A stretch of DNA of 64,000 bases from Octopus bimaculoides (GCF_001194135.2 NC_068996.1:34931035-34995034), one strand, 5' to 3'; shown: positions 13,250 to 26,010, counted from the stretch's first letter. Numbers and translations: made by a program. The notes: generated by a model from the letters alone, not told the origin.

Positions 13250-14146
13250 TGTATGTATGCATGCATGCATGTTGTATGTTGTTCAGTTTTATTTCAAGAT
13301 TTCTTGCTAATAGAGAAAGAGCCTTCGTTAGAATTTCAACATCAACAACAGGGTATTTTTTTTTGCATGTATGTATGTTTGTATATATGTATGTATGTAT
13401 GTATGTCATTATTAAGTTTATTTCAAGATTTCTTGCCAATAGAGAAAGAATTGGTTTCTAACCTAGATTCAAAACTCCTTCATTGGAATTTCGACATCAA
13501 TAACAGGATATTTTTGTATGTATGTATGTATGTATGTATGTATGTATGTATTATGTATGTATGTATGTATGTATTATGTATGTATGTATGTATGTATGTA
13601 TGTATGTATGTATGTATTATGTATGTATGTATGTATGTATGTATGTATGTATGTATGTATGTANNNNNNNNNNNNNNNNNNNNNNNNNNNNNNNNNNNNN
13701 NNNNNNNNNNNNNNNNNNNNNNNNNNNNNNNNNNNNNNNNNNNNNNNNNNNNNNNNNNNNNNNNNNNNNNNNNNNNNNNNNNNNNNNNNNNNNNNNNNNN
13801 NNNNNNNNNNNNNNNNNNNNNNNNNNNNNNNNNNNNNNNNNNNNNNNNNNNNNNNNNNNNNNNNNNNNNNNNNNNNNNNNNNNNNNNNNNNNNNNNNNNN
13901 NNNNNNNNNNNNNNNNNNNNNNNNNNNNNNNNNNNNNNNNNNNNNNNNNNNNNNNNNNNNNNNNNNNNNNNNNNNNNNNNNNNNNNNNNNNNNNNNNNNN
14001 NNNNNNNNNNNNNNNNNNNNNNNNNNNNNNNNNNNNNNNNNNNNNNNNNNNNNNNNNNNNNNNNNNNNNNNNNNNNNNNNNNNNNNNNNNNNNNNNNNNN
14101 NNNNNNNNNNNNNNNNNNNNNNNNNNNNNNNNNNNNNNNNNNNNNN

Positions 14147-14630
14147 TGCATGAGGGGACAACTATTTTTGAGAAATCACAAATTGCACATGAGAAATTAA
14201 GGAGGGATGTCAGGAAGGGCATTGTTGTTGCACTTCCAGATGGTAAGGGTCTTCCTATGACACTGACATGCAGTGTCTGTGCAAGACCGTACCTCAGTAA
14301 AGTTGGGCTTATGAGTCATCTTCGTAGTCATAAAGCAAGACCGATGATTGACTACCAGGCCGCTGGTGATGATGCTACACACCATACTAATCATGTCTGT
14401 CGGGCATGTGGAAGGGAGTGTGATTCAGCAGGAGGACTTAAACGACACGCAAAGGTACATGCAGCCCAATTACAACAACAGCCAGCTATTGCCAGTAAAA
14501 GTTTTGGATGCCAACTCTGTGCAAGACATTGTAGATCTTTGGCTGGGCTAAAAAGTCACATTCGATCACAGCACCGTTAAGTTAAGCTTCGTGCAATGGC
14601 CAAACTCGATAACGAGGGGGCAGCCATCAT
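14147..14630 (+). mobile_element. RTE-clade LINE 3' end encoding three C2H2 zinc fingers
   Basis: Open frame HEGTTIFEKSQIAHEKLRRDVRK..CSVCARPYLSKVGLMSHLRSH..CRACGRECDSAGGLKRHAKVH..CQLCARHCRSLAGLKSHIRSQH; 3' end GCAATGG..ACGAG..GCCATCAT shared with the RT-bearing copy at 29318-29980. Confidence 0.8.
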
Positions 14631-14749
14631 ATATGTATGTATGTGCAGATTTGTATGTTTTATGTATGATGTATGTATGTGTGCAGATTTGTATGTTTTG
14701 TTTTATGTATGTATTCTCATGCATATAGTTGCATATCTAGACATACTCA

Positions 14750-15770
14750 TATTTATTTAAAGGATAAACTTCTGGTAAGTTTTACAGATTTTTACAGCTC
14801 CAGTGATGGATTGGATCTGTAGTCTTCGAATTAGCTTTCTCCTTTCTGATTTTGAGAAGCCTAATTTTTCAAGATTGGCATTTAGGCAGTGTGTTACATA
14901 TCCCAGGGCTCCAGTAATTACAGGTATAAGTATAAACCTGAACTTGTAATCTGGATAGAGTAACTGTAGATTTCTCAATAGTTCAGCGTAGGTATTCTCT
15001 TTTTCACTGATCTTCACCTTATATTAACATCCACTGGGCAGCTGATTTCCACAACTGTGCACAGTTTCTCTTCCCTATTCCAAATCATTATTTCAGGTGT
15101 GTTGTGCTTACATTTTATTGAGGTCTTCACTGGGACATTCCACCAGTATTCCTTTTTATTATGAGTGGCTATGGCTTCTACCATACTTTGGTTTTTTATT
15201 TCTTTGTCCTCGGGATTATCCTTCCGACGGATCTCATTATACAGAGTCCTGTCTACAACATCATGTCTCATTGGTAGATAATATTGTGATGACATTTTTA
15301 GACAACTGCTTATGATGTGGGTGATATCTTCCGTGTGAACTCCACAAAGTCTGCATCGATTGTCACATTTTACTGCTTCCTGCATCGATTGTCACATTTT
15401 ACTATCCCTTCTGTGCATTAGGTATTTGGTTGATATTTCCTGTTTCTGAATTAAAAAAGTATGCCCTTCAAAGTGGGAGGTAGTAATCTGGCTATTCGTC
15501 CATGATAGACTGCTTTGATGATCGATGTTACTATCATCACGCAGTTTTCTACTAACATGTCAACGCATAGTCTTCTGCTCACTTAGGCTCATCCTTTCAT
15601 CTGATGNNNNNNNNNNAACGCATAGTCTTCTGCTCACTTAGGCTCATCCTTTCATCTGATGACATGTTGCAGTAGAATTGTGCAACTTCTTTGGGCATGT
15701 ATTCTAGGTTATCAGACAAGGAATATTGCTCAAGGAGCTGCCTTCCAAGTCTTATGTTATCAGCCTCATG
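14750..15770 (-). mobile_element. R4/Dong-clade non-LTR retrotransposon 3' part (CCHC knuckle and restriction-like endonuclease)
   Basis: SHFEGHTFLIQKQEISTKYL; CRLCGVHTEDITHIISSC; RHD; PEIMIWNREEKLCTVVEISCP; KENTYAEL; IPVITGALG. Frameshifts include a 29-bp tandem duplication at about 15350-15410. Confidence 0.9.
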
Positions 15771-16139
15771 TATGTATGCATGTATGTATGCATGCATACA
15801 TACATGCATGCATGCATGTATGTATGTATGTATGTATGTATGTATGTATGTATGTATGTATGCACGCACGCATGCATATATGTATGTATGTATGTATGTA
15901 TGCATGCATGTATGCATGCATGTATGCATGCATGTATGTATGTATGTTATCTATGTATGTTATGTATGTATGCATATATATAAGCCTGTATGTAATCATG
16001 AATGTTAATGTGTATGTATGTATTGCATGTATGCAATGCATGTATGTATGTATGTATGTATGTATGTATGTATGTATATATGTATGTATGTATGTATGCA
16101 TAGAGGCATGCATGTATGTAAGCATCTATGTATGTTCAC

Positions 16140-16850
16140 CTTGAAAATGAAGATTGTTTCAGCCAACATACCTCCCTCTTGATGGAGAGGCTGTGGAAGA
16201 GGTTAATGAGTTCAAATATCTTGGATCCACATTTACTGCCACTGGCCAGGGGAAGGATGAGATCTCAATTAGAATCAATCATGCATGGTGGGCCTTCTGC
16301 CACTTCCATAAGTACTTGTCAGGATATCCACCTCATGATGAAATGCCATATTTACCAGGCACTTGTCTAAATGGTTCTCCTCTATGGTTGTGAGACCTGG
16401 CCAATGTGTGTTGCTGATCCCCAGAAGCTTGAGGTCTTCAATTGCTTCTGTATTTGTCATGTTCTCTAATAGTGTATCTCACACTGCATTTTGAACCAAC
16501 AACTTTACGCTCACTGCGGTCTCTCATCTCTTAAGGGAAGTTTTCTGATGAGGAGACTATGGCAGTTTGGTCATGCATTGTGGCACCCCATGATGAATTC
16601 ATCTGAAAGGTGGTAGCATTAGATCCTCCCCAAGGATGGTGTAAATGGAGGGGTGATCAGTTGAAGATGTGGCTCACAACAGTCAAAGCAGATATGGAGC
16701 TCGTTTCTGGCCCTCGAGTCTTTGGCATTCATCGGTGGAACCAGGAATGGCTTCAACACCCTGCAGAACCGGCTGCCAATAGACATGCATGAACCACTTT
16801 GACTTATGATGCAGTGAACACAATAAGAGCTGGATTAACCTATCCTAAGT
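16140..16850 (+). mobile_element. RTE-type LINE RT 3' fragment
   Basis: EEVNEFKYLGS..ISIRINHAW; LLYGCETWP; WLTTVKADMELVSGPRVFG; degenerate. Confidence 0.8.
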
Positions 16851-16964
16851 GAATACTGTTACAAGACAAGAAGACAAGATGTATGTATGTATGTTATGTA
16901 TGCATATATATATACACACACACACATCTATGTATGTATGTATGTATGTATATATGAGTATAAA

Positions 16965-16998
<34 letters not shown>

Positions 16999-17945
16999 NN
17001 NNNNNNNNNNNNNNNNNNNNNNNNNNNNNNNNNNNNNNNNNNNNNNNNNNNNNNNNNNNNNNNNNNNNNNNNNNNNNNNNNNNNNNNNNNNNNNNNNNNN
17101 NNNNNNNNNNNNNNNNNNNNNNNNNNNNNNNNNNNNNNNNNNNNNNNNNNNNNNNNNNNNNNNNNNNNNNNNNNNNNNNNNNNNNNNNNNNNNNNNNNNN
17201 NNNNNNNNNNNNNNNNNNNNNNNNNNNNNNNNNNNNNNNNNNNNNNNNNNNNNNNNNNNNNNNNNNNNNNNNNNNNNNNNNNNNNNNNNNNNNNNNNNNN
17301 NNNNNNNNNNNNNNNNNNNNNNNNNNNNNNNNNNNNNNNNNNNNNNNNNNNNNNNNNNNNNNNNNNNNNNNNNNNNNNNNNNNNNNNNNNNNNNNNNNNN
17401 NNNNNNNNNNNNNNNNNNNNNNNNNNNNNNNNNNNNNNNNNNNNNNNNNNNNNNNNNNNNNNNNNNNNNNNNNNNNNNNNNNNNNNNNNNNNNNNNNNNN
17501 NNNNNNNNNNNNNNNNNNNNNNNNNNNNNNNNNNNNNNNNNNNNNNNNNNNNNNNNNNNTGCCAATAGACATGCATGAACCACTTTGACTTATGATGCAG
17601 TGAACACAATAAGAGCTGGATTAACCTATCCTAAGTGAATACTGTTACAAGACAAGAAGACAAGATGTATGTATGTATGTTATGTATGCATATATATATA
17701 CACACACACACATATGTATATTTTATACTTGTTTCAGTCATTAGACTGTGGCCATGCTGGGGCACCACCCTGAAGAATCTTTAGTCAAATGAATTGACCC
17801 TAGTATGTTACTAAAGTCTGCTACCTATTCTATGAATCTCTTAGGATGAACCACTAACTTATGAGGACATAAATACACCAATACCGGTTGTCAAGCAGTG
17901 GTGGGGTATAAACAGGGACACAAAGATACACACACAAATACATAT

Positions 17946-17995
<50 letters not shown>

Positions 17996-20224
17996 GATGA
18001 GCTTTCAGTTTTCAGTTTCTGTCAACAAATTCACTCACAAGGCTTTGGTCAGCCTGAGGCTATAACAGAAGACACTTGCCCGAGGTTGCACGCAGTGAGA
18101 CTGAACCTGAAGCCATGTGGTTGGAAAGCAAGCTTCTTACCACACAGCCATACCTGCACCTATATATATTAGTAATGAAGCAGCATCAGTATTGAATGAC
18201 AATCATTATATCCAACTTAACATGGATGTATTATGTAATTAGCGCAATATTGTGGTATTTTTTTGAGAGAGCATCTCATATAAATGTTTAGTGCTCAAAA
18301 GCTCAGAAAATCAGTGGTAGATGAAAATTGTTTAGTACCAGGGGTGTAACCATCAGATCATGAGATTTCTGCATGTTTTCACATCATCAATGGTATGTAT
18401 CCACTATCACTGCATGCTAACCAAACTTTGCTTCTACTGTTATAGTCAGTGGTGTTGCAAATAGCTGGCAGATTGGTAGTTGAGATGATTGCTCCCCAAT
18501 CCTATGGTTTCAGGTTCAGTTCCACTGCATGCTACCTTGGTCAGGTGTTTTCTATGATGATCCCAGGCTATTTTTCACACACTGACACCTAAAATATTCT
18601 GCTATCAGAGTGAAGTTATTCAGCAAGCTCATGGATTGTGACTGGTCTCTCTGTGCAAATTAATTTGTCCATTCACTGGTGATTCATTTCAGTCTTCTTA
18701 GTGATGGTCTCCCCACTGAATTGATTGTGTTCAATGCTGGTTTCTCCTTTTTAAAACTTATCTATCTGTGTACATTGCTCTTGTCACCAGTGCCATCTCT
18801 GTAAACAAGCTATAGCCTTCTACAGATGACAGACAGCCTGCACTCCACCTTCATCAATGACTCAATGACAGCATGTTGCTTCTGCTTGAAATCCATTATT
18901 TCATGCAATGAAGATCAAGAAAATGAGATACTCTACCAGCAAGTTCAATTTAAACAACATATGTTCAATTAAAAAAAAAATTTAATCACTTTTGCTAACT
19001 TTTTTATATTGCATGAAAGCACCCAGTACACTCTGAAAAATGTTTGATGTTAGAAGGGAATTCAGCTGTAAAAACCTTGCAAAAGCAGACATTGAAGCAC
19101 AGTATGGTTCTATGGTTTGCTCTATCTTTTTGAACTTTCTAACCCATGCAGCATGGAATACACACATAAAATGATGAAGACGATAATGACAATGATATAT
19201 AAACACACATGCACACATACACATGCGTGTGTGTGCACACATACACACAAATTTACATTCACATCAATCTCAGAACATGCACCACAACCAGGGTTGGTTC
19301 TATGAATCCCTTCTGGAGATTACCTTAATGACAAATGACATTGACCTTATTATTGCAGCTGGTGACCTCAATAGACTTCATGTTGAACAACAAAATGACA
19401 TCTTCCAAGTTGCACACACAGTCTATGGAGGAGATGTATAAGGAATGAGGAAGGGTTGCAGTGCTAACTTTAGGAAACCAGCCAACCACCTCATCACAAA
19501 CCAATCAGCTAAATGGTAAAGTCAGATAGATTTCATTCTCACCAGACTATGGGATAAACAGATGGCTTCCCAGATGAAGAATGACTACTTCCATTCAACT
19601 CTTATTCTATGTTGGATAGAGACTCAAGACAGCTGGGAGATGAAAGACACAGAAACTTAAAGCACCACTAAACAGTCAGAAGTTTAGAGAATTACTACTT
19701 GAAAAGGAGAGAGCAACTTGCAATACAAAGATAAACTGGGAGTATCTGCTGAAGGATTACAGAACAGATATGTGGTAAAAATAAGGCCTCAACAATATGA
19801 AAAATGATATGGTGATTGAAGAGTGTTGTAGATAGGGCTATAAAAGTAAAAAGAAATCGTGATCAGACTGGAAGAAAGGTGAGAGCAAAGAAAAATATCA
19901 AATAACTAAAAGAGAAGCTGAATGTCATACTTAGCAAGAGGAAAGACAGAAAATAAGAAGTTAGCACATGTTTTGCAACATGAGGTTCAGAGGCAGATGG
20001 TGTTCAGAATAGCAACACAATGAAAAGGAAAAGGCATTGAAGTGCTACTATGAGAGACTACTGAATGTAGAGAATGCAAGGGAGAGAGGGAGCCTAGACC
20101 TAACAGAAAATGTAAAAAAAAAAAAGTAGTCACTCTAAGTTGACAGCAGTATGGTAGATAAGGCTATTTAGGATATGAAGGTAAAGAAAGGAACTATTTT
20201 GGAAATAGTCACTGAGATGCTTAA

Positions 20225-20926
20225 CCCTTTGGAGACAACAGGGTCGATCTATCAGCTGAAAAGTTGAATGATGAAGAAAATGGCTAGACCAATCCATCAA
20301 CCCATTAATACAAGCTTTGAGGTTAGCTGGCTGGTCTTCATACCAGTGAATCAGATTGCTTCTTGCATTTCTTGCACATCTGGGACTTTCAATGACAGCT
20401 TCCATGATAGTTTGCTGTGTTTGGTGATTTTACATCAATTTGTGTTCCAAATGAGCATCATGAAATTTCAACATGTGCAACAGTGACACTGATGAAAATA
20501 TCTTTAGTGAGTCTGATTTCTCCCAGCCTGAATCTGACACTGAATCGCCCAGTGAATCTGACACTGAAACTAGTGAAAACAACCAGGAAAGTAATGGAGA
20601 ATATCAAAATGATGATGATGATGATAATGTTGTGAATTAGGATTAGGGATACTGAACTAATTTAGCTTTAGGATTAGAGATATTGAACTAATAGAGATGA
20701 TCCCTTTGAATTCTTAGAAAATATAGAGCCTAGAAATATGCCACAAGGTATAAGCAACCCAATGGAATACTTTATGCTGTTTTTCACATGGAATCTCATT
20801 CAAATGTTTATCAGAGAAACCAATAAGTATGCTGTCAACTTTCTCCAGCTCAAGAGGAAGTTCCCAGGTCATAAATGGTTCCATCTTCTTGGCATTGAAA
20901 CTCCAAATGAGGCTGTCTCCAAAGGG
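20225..20926 (+). mobile_element. Internally deleted piggyBac transposon (702 bp)
   Basis: 13-bp perfect TIRs CCCTTTGGAGACA (20225-37) / TGTCTCCAAAGGG (20914-26); TTAA on both sides (20221-24, 20927-30); acidic N-terminal and PGBD-like NPMEYFMLFFTWNLIQMFIRETNKYA coding remnant. Confidence 0.92.
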
Positions 20927-22024
20927 TTAAAATATCTGGAGAAGTAGAATACTGGTTAGTCTCTTGAATAGTCTATCACATTATATAAGAAGGCAGTAAC
21001 ATTATTGTAAACTGTTACAAAGGCAAAAGAGATTCTCTTAACAGAGAAAACTATAGAAGTATTAAATTGCTGGACCAGATCATGAATGTTGCAGGAAGAG
21101 TTATAGCAAAATTGATTTGAAAAAGGATTAGTTTTGTTGAGATGCAGTTTGATTTTGTAACTGGAAAAGGCACCAAAGATGTCAACTTCCTGGTGAAACA
21201 ACTACAAAAGGAATACTGAGATAGAATTAAACCTTTATCCCTAGCATTTGTAGAACTCGAGAAAGCCTCTCACTCTGTCATCAGGTGGACAAGGGATAGA
21301 TGAATGACTTACAAGGGCTGTACAAACTATGTATGAAGTGGCAGTAAGCAAGATGAAAGTTAACGAGTACAGCAGTGAATTTAGCAAGTAGATAGGTGGG
21401 GGGCATCAGGACTTGGTCCTCAGTTCTCCTCTTTATTATAGTCCTCCAAGCCATAACAGAGACAAGACCATGGGAACTCCTGTATGCTGATGGCGTTGTT
21501 CTTACAGCAGAAGATTTGAAGAAAAAATTCTAAACATGGAAGTAAAATCTAAATTGAAAGGGTTTAAAGTAAACTTAGCCAAAACTAGAGTTAGGCTAAG
21601 TTAAAAAGAAGACAGGACACCTGTGCCATCAAGAAAATGACTGTACTCCATATACAGAAAATAAGCTAGTTGAAATTCCATACAGTAAGCACAGTATAAA
21701 TGATAGATGTACAAGAGGTGTAGTAAGATCACAAGAAAATTAACAGCAAAGGTAACCTTCATATGTATGAGGTATACAGGTATATTTATGTATATTTATC
21801 TTTAGGTGTACGTACACACACACACAGACAGATAGATAGATAGATATGCATATATGCATCAAGTAATGATGACCAGAAAGAGGATTGAAAGTGTGATTAT
21901 GAGAACATGGGAAATGTGTACGAGGGAGATCTGCTCAACAGAGGAAGTAGCTATTGAAATGAATAGTTATATGGTCATGTGGTGACCCCTGGCAGCTACG
22001 ATGGCAAGCAAAATGGAAAAGGGA

Positions 22025-22341
22025 TGTAATGAGAGTAATCTCCCTCGAGCTTCTAGAATGTTTGAGACCTTTCTGGAAGCTTCTGGTTTTATGTAGAAGT
22101 CAGGGACTTCCAGTTCATTCCTTATATAAAGGAAAGAAATTCTAAATTCGCGCCATTCAGTGCCTGTTGATTCTTGGGTCAGGTCGCCACACTTTACGCC
22201 CGTTCGCGCTCCCATTTGCCTTTCTTACTTGGAGATATGTAACTGCAACCAAAACATATTCATGTAATGTTATAAGCTTCCTTCAATTAACTTTGTATGT
22301 TAATGCATTACTTCCAATAATAAAAGTTATGACTTATTACA
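22025..22341 (+). mobile_element. Probable solo LTR (gypsy-like)
   Basis: TGTAAT...ATTACA termini, TATATAAA at 22123-30, AATAAA at 22319-24, CpG-rich relative to flanks; no clean TSD. Confidence 0.55.
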
Positions 22342-23629
22342 AGAGTCTCATGAATTCTATTCTCTTGTTGTTATGAGCAAAACAGTGACTCCCTTTTCTC
22401 TCATACTGACTAAATTATAGTGTGTCATTAAGGCAACGTTATCACCAAAAATGGATAACCCTGACACTGGGAAAGCAATAATATCTATCAAATGCAGTTG
22501 TTGAGATACTAAAAAGATCTGACTGCTGAATCTTGTCTCCCATGTAATCAACCAAGTGAAAAAAAACAACAAAATACAGCAAGGTATTGTACCTAAAAAC
22601 AAAGGAAATATTTTAAAATGATCAACTTCTTGTAGCAGAATCAGTGGAAGATTTAGAGTAGAAATTCCAGATACAGAAACAGAGCTAGACTTGAGAGTCT
22701 TCGAAATAAACTCAGCAAAGACTAAAGTATGTAAAAAGGAAGACAGGATTCTTCATGCATCAAGAAAATTACTGTTCTTGATATGTAGAGAAAGAAATTC
22801 CGTTTAGTATACTCAATGTGAAAAAAAAAAAAAAAAAAAAAAAGGTTGAACCAGAGAAATAGTGGAATTAAAATCAGGCTAACAGTGAATAAAGAGTTTG
22901 TACATGTGAATAAAGTTTGGTAGATGTGTAGGAATAACAAACCCTCTGAGCAAGAGTAAAATAAATTCCTTACAATGTTCAAAAGGCTCTGTAGAAGTAT
23001 TAGTTAGTGTCTGTTACCAAGATAACATAACCAGTAGTAGGAAAAGGTGTTCTGTAAGAATAGCAGCCAGAATTAGAATAGGACAGAAAAAGTTCAGAGA
23101 ACTATTACCTCTTCTGGCAACAAATGGTAATCTCCTCTTTGAGCAAAGCGTACATTGCACATTGCTTTTGTACAAACTGTGATACTGCATGTAATGTGGG
23201 AGACATGTACACTGAATGCAAAAGATGTTGAAAGCTTGAAGGGAAATATTAGTGTGTATGACTGACAAGGTAGAGAAGAGCTGAGAGACAAACTGGGAAT
23301 AAGAGAGACAATAACACTGGTATGGGCATAAAATGTATATAGATTATGGCAGACAGATAAAAAGATGCATGAGAATACAGAGCAGATGGAAAGAAACAGT
23401 AGAAGAAAAAGACCAAGAAACAAGATGGTAAAGACTTATTTGAAGATGTTGAGGCTCACAAAGAAACACAAATGGTGAGATGCTGTGTTGGAGAGGATAC
23501 AGCTAACCTGGGCAAGCATGAAAATGTGGCCATAAAAATGATCATGTATGTATGTATGTATGTATGTATGTATGTACGTATATACGTACGTACGTATGTA
23601 TTTATGTATGTATGTATGATTTAAATTAA

Positions 23630-24957
23630 ATAACATATATTATCCAAAATGTACAGTATTATATATCCATCACAGCTGATCTTACCAATCAGTTTTGCAC
23701 AAGGAATACAATGGAGTGGTAGGTAACAATCTGATTATGCAACTTTACACTTGTCAGGGTTAGTTGATATGGAAAGGAACATGACGATTGCTCTCTATTG
23801 TTGGAGATGGATTAACACAGCCAGTTTGTGGCTGCTGTGAAAAAAGTGAAGCAAAATAGGGTCAGGGGATTAGGTTAGGAGTTATGTCCCTTGGTTGGGT
23901 ATGTTGTAAGGCCGGTAAGAGTTACCTTAAAGTGTTTGTGAGGAAAGTGTGGGGGTTGGGAGAATTTTGTCTATTTTGTGAGGTGTTGCCTTGTAGGAGT
24001 GTGTGTGTACATGAATGCATTGGTGTGTGCTCTGGTCAAACTCTTAGCCCGAGAGTATTGGTGGAAGGTTGAGGCAGGGGACCTGTGGTTGCAGTCATGG
24101 TAGGGCACGCAAGTACAATAGGATGTACTTCCTTTTATGTAGGCAAGAATTGAACACTTCACTCCTGCTATTCAGGCAAATATTTGGGCATTGCTTTAAA
24201 ATTGCTCTATTCTCAGCCAGGGACAACCTGCACTTCCTGCTGCTATTGAAATATGGTTTGCATTTCTACAGGATCTTCCACTTTATGATGTACTCCATGG
24301 CACTTTCTTTCAAAGACCAAATGTGCTTTGCTAGGGTTGTGGCATTGCGCGTCACCGGGATGTTGAAGGAGGACTAGTGATTGTTAAAGTGTGTTCTGAA
24401 GGGGCCTTCTGTTGCCCCCACATACTTCCAGATGCTTGGTTGTCCATTGGGTCCTCTGATTCATATACAACTGTCTCTGTATTACAGTCGCTGTTCAACG
24501 AACAAGTTGTGTTACTTCTGCATGAGAATCCTGCCTCTGACTCAGGTGCAGGCCTACCTACTAAAATATTTTTTATACTAGGTGCAAAGCTAAAGGATAT
24601 TCTCAGGGTATGTCTATTAAATATTTTGTTGAATCTATTAGTAAGGGGCAAGCGTTTATCAACTAAACTATGGGAGATCTTACCTACTCTGGTCTTAACA
24701 TTTAAAGAGAAAGGCAGCGTGTTCCAGTGGCACTTTCTCTTGGTGGGGCTAGGGTCTGGTATGTAACTAATACTATCCTTGAAACCACTGGCAGCCAAAT
24801 CCCGGTTATAGTACAGGGTGGCAGCATCAAAGATAAGCTTGAGATTCTCCTGCTGACAGGTTTCTGAACACGATGGCTAGGTGGCAGGAACCTGTGTTAA
24901 TGTATGATAGCTTCTCATTTGGTTTCCTAAAAGGCCTATAGGCATCAGATTCTGCCT
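23630..24957 (-). mobile_element. Penelope-like element: RT C-terminus, linker, GIY-YIG endonuclease and 3' terminal repeat (degenerate)
   Basis: YRPFRKPNEKLSYINTGS; TLPFSLNVKTRVGKI..KIFNRHTLRISFS; CSLNSDCNTETVVYE; NATTLAKHIWSLKE..IKWKIL..KCRLSLAE..LNSRSEVFNSCLHKRKY; stops and frameshifts present. Confidence 0.9.
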
Positions 24958-26010
24958 CTGACCTCACCCTATGGTGCAAGAATGAGGTCATTACATGATT
25001 TAAAACCAATAGTGTTAGGAGTAGAGCTAGGTTTACCCAATTCGATATAGGGAGCTCCTGTTAAAGGCACTAGATTTCACTAGGGCCTACACTGAAGTCA
25101 GCAACAAGGACATACGCATTATCATGCATTCCAGAAAAACCCTACTCTTCAATAAGGGTTGGCTTGGGCCAAACGTATTGGCCCAGAGGGCTCCTTCGAC
25201 ATGGCCATAGGTGCTTTTGACAGTGCTGACGTATGTGACCTAGTCGGTCTCTTCATCCTAGACACACTAAAAAAGAAACTCCCTCCTACTAGCTTTGGCC
25301 TCTACAGAAATGAAATGCTGGCAATATCAAGAGGGACTAATGGCCACACACTAGATAGGCTCAGAAAGGACCTCACAAGTACCATGAATTCTTCACAATA
25401 GAGACCAACCTGAAAACAGTAGATATCCTTGACATGACCCTGGAGCTACAAGGCAGACACCCCACAAAATAGACTGTCTCCCACTACCCTAACCTATACC
25501 CCTTCTCACACATATATAAAACCTCACTCACACACATTAACTACACACCTCCTACGACCTTAACCAATACAGAAATAAAACAAGATCAATGAACACAACT
25601 AACTATGTATACCTACATCACTGGAAAAAAATATGCATATGACACAACACATATCATACACTAAATCCCAACAGGAGCACCACACTTAATAACGCACACT
25701 TTCCCCACAAACACTTCACGATAACTCTTACCGGCCTTACAGCATACACAAGGGACATAACTCCTAACCTAATCCCCTGGCCCTATTTCATCTCATCACC
25801 TTTTTCATAGCAGCCACAAATTGGATGTGTTAATCCACCTACAGCAATAGAAAGCAGTTGCCATGTTCCCTCCCATACCAGCTAACCCTGATGAGCGTAA
25901 GGTTATATAATCGGATTGTTACCTACCACTCCATTGTATTCCTTGCATGAAACTGATTGGTAACATCAGCCATGATGGCTATATAATACTGTACATTCTG
26001 GATAATATAT
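24951..26010 (+). mobile_element. Penelope-like element: central RT segment in inverted orientation, fused to a second copy of the 3' terminal repeat
   Basis: LWCKNEVIT*FKTNSVRSRARFTQFDI..IIMHSRKTLLFNKG..FDMAIGAFDSADVCDLVGLFIL..GLYRNEML..VDILDMTLEL; 25446-26010 is the inverted counterpart of 23630-23990. Confidence 0.88.
25880..25970 (+). ncRNA. Decayed type I hammerhead ribozyme in the PLE terminal repeat (homologous copies on minus strand at about 23672-23765 and 60694-60786)
   Basis: CTGATGA 25888-94; stem II GCGTAAGG/CCTTGCAT; GAAA 25949-52; ACTGATTGGT (consistent with CpG decay of palindrome ACCGATCGGT); GTA triplet 25960-62. The 60.7-kb copy has CTGAAGA and stem II GCACAAGG/CCTAGTGC. 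Confidence 0.65.

Larger units (their letters stand above)
19270..23520 (+). mobile_element. Degenerate RTE LINE (APE endonuclease + RT), interrupted by later insertions
   Basis: IIAAGDLN, QIDFILTR, VTEML|KISGEVEY (split by piggyBac), PWELLYADGVVLTAE, KKFRELLPLLAT; many stops. Confidence 0.75.

Noticed and set aside
13050-13510. Short exon-like segment (DLQEELQHLSSNK) and a duplicated about 70-bp block
   Set aside because: No consistent phase partner or homology; more likely a decayed repeat with local duplication among (TATG)n.
15560-15660. Direct duplication either side of a 10-N gap (same pattern at 9480-9580 and 16775-16925 / 17560-17712)
   Set aside because: Typical contig-overlap assembly artefact.
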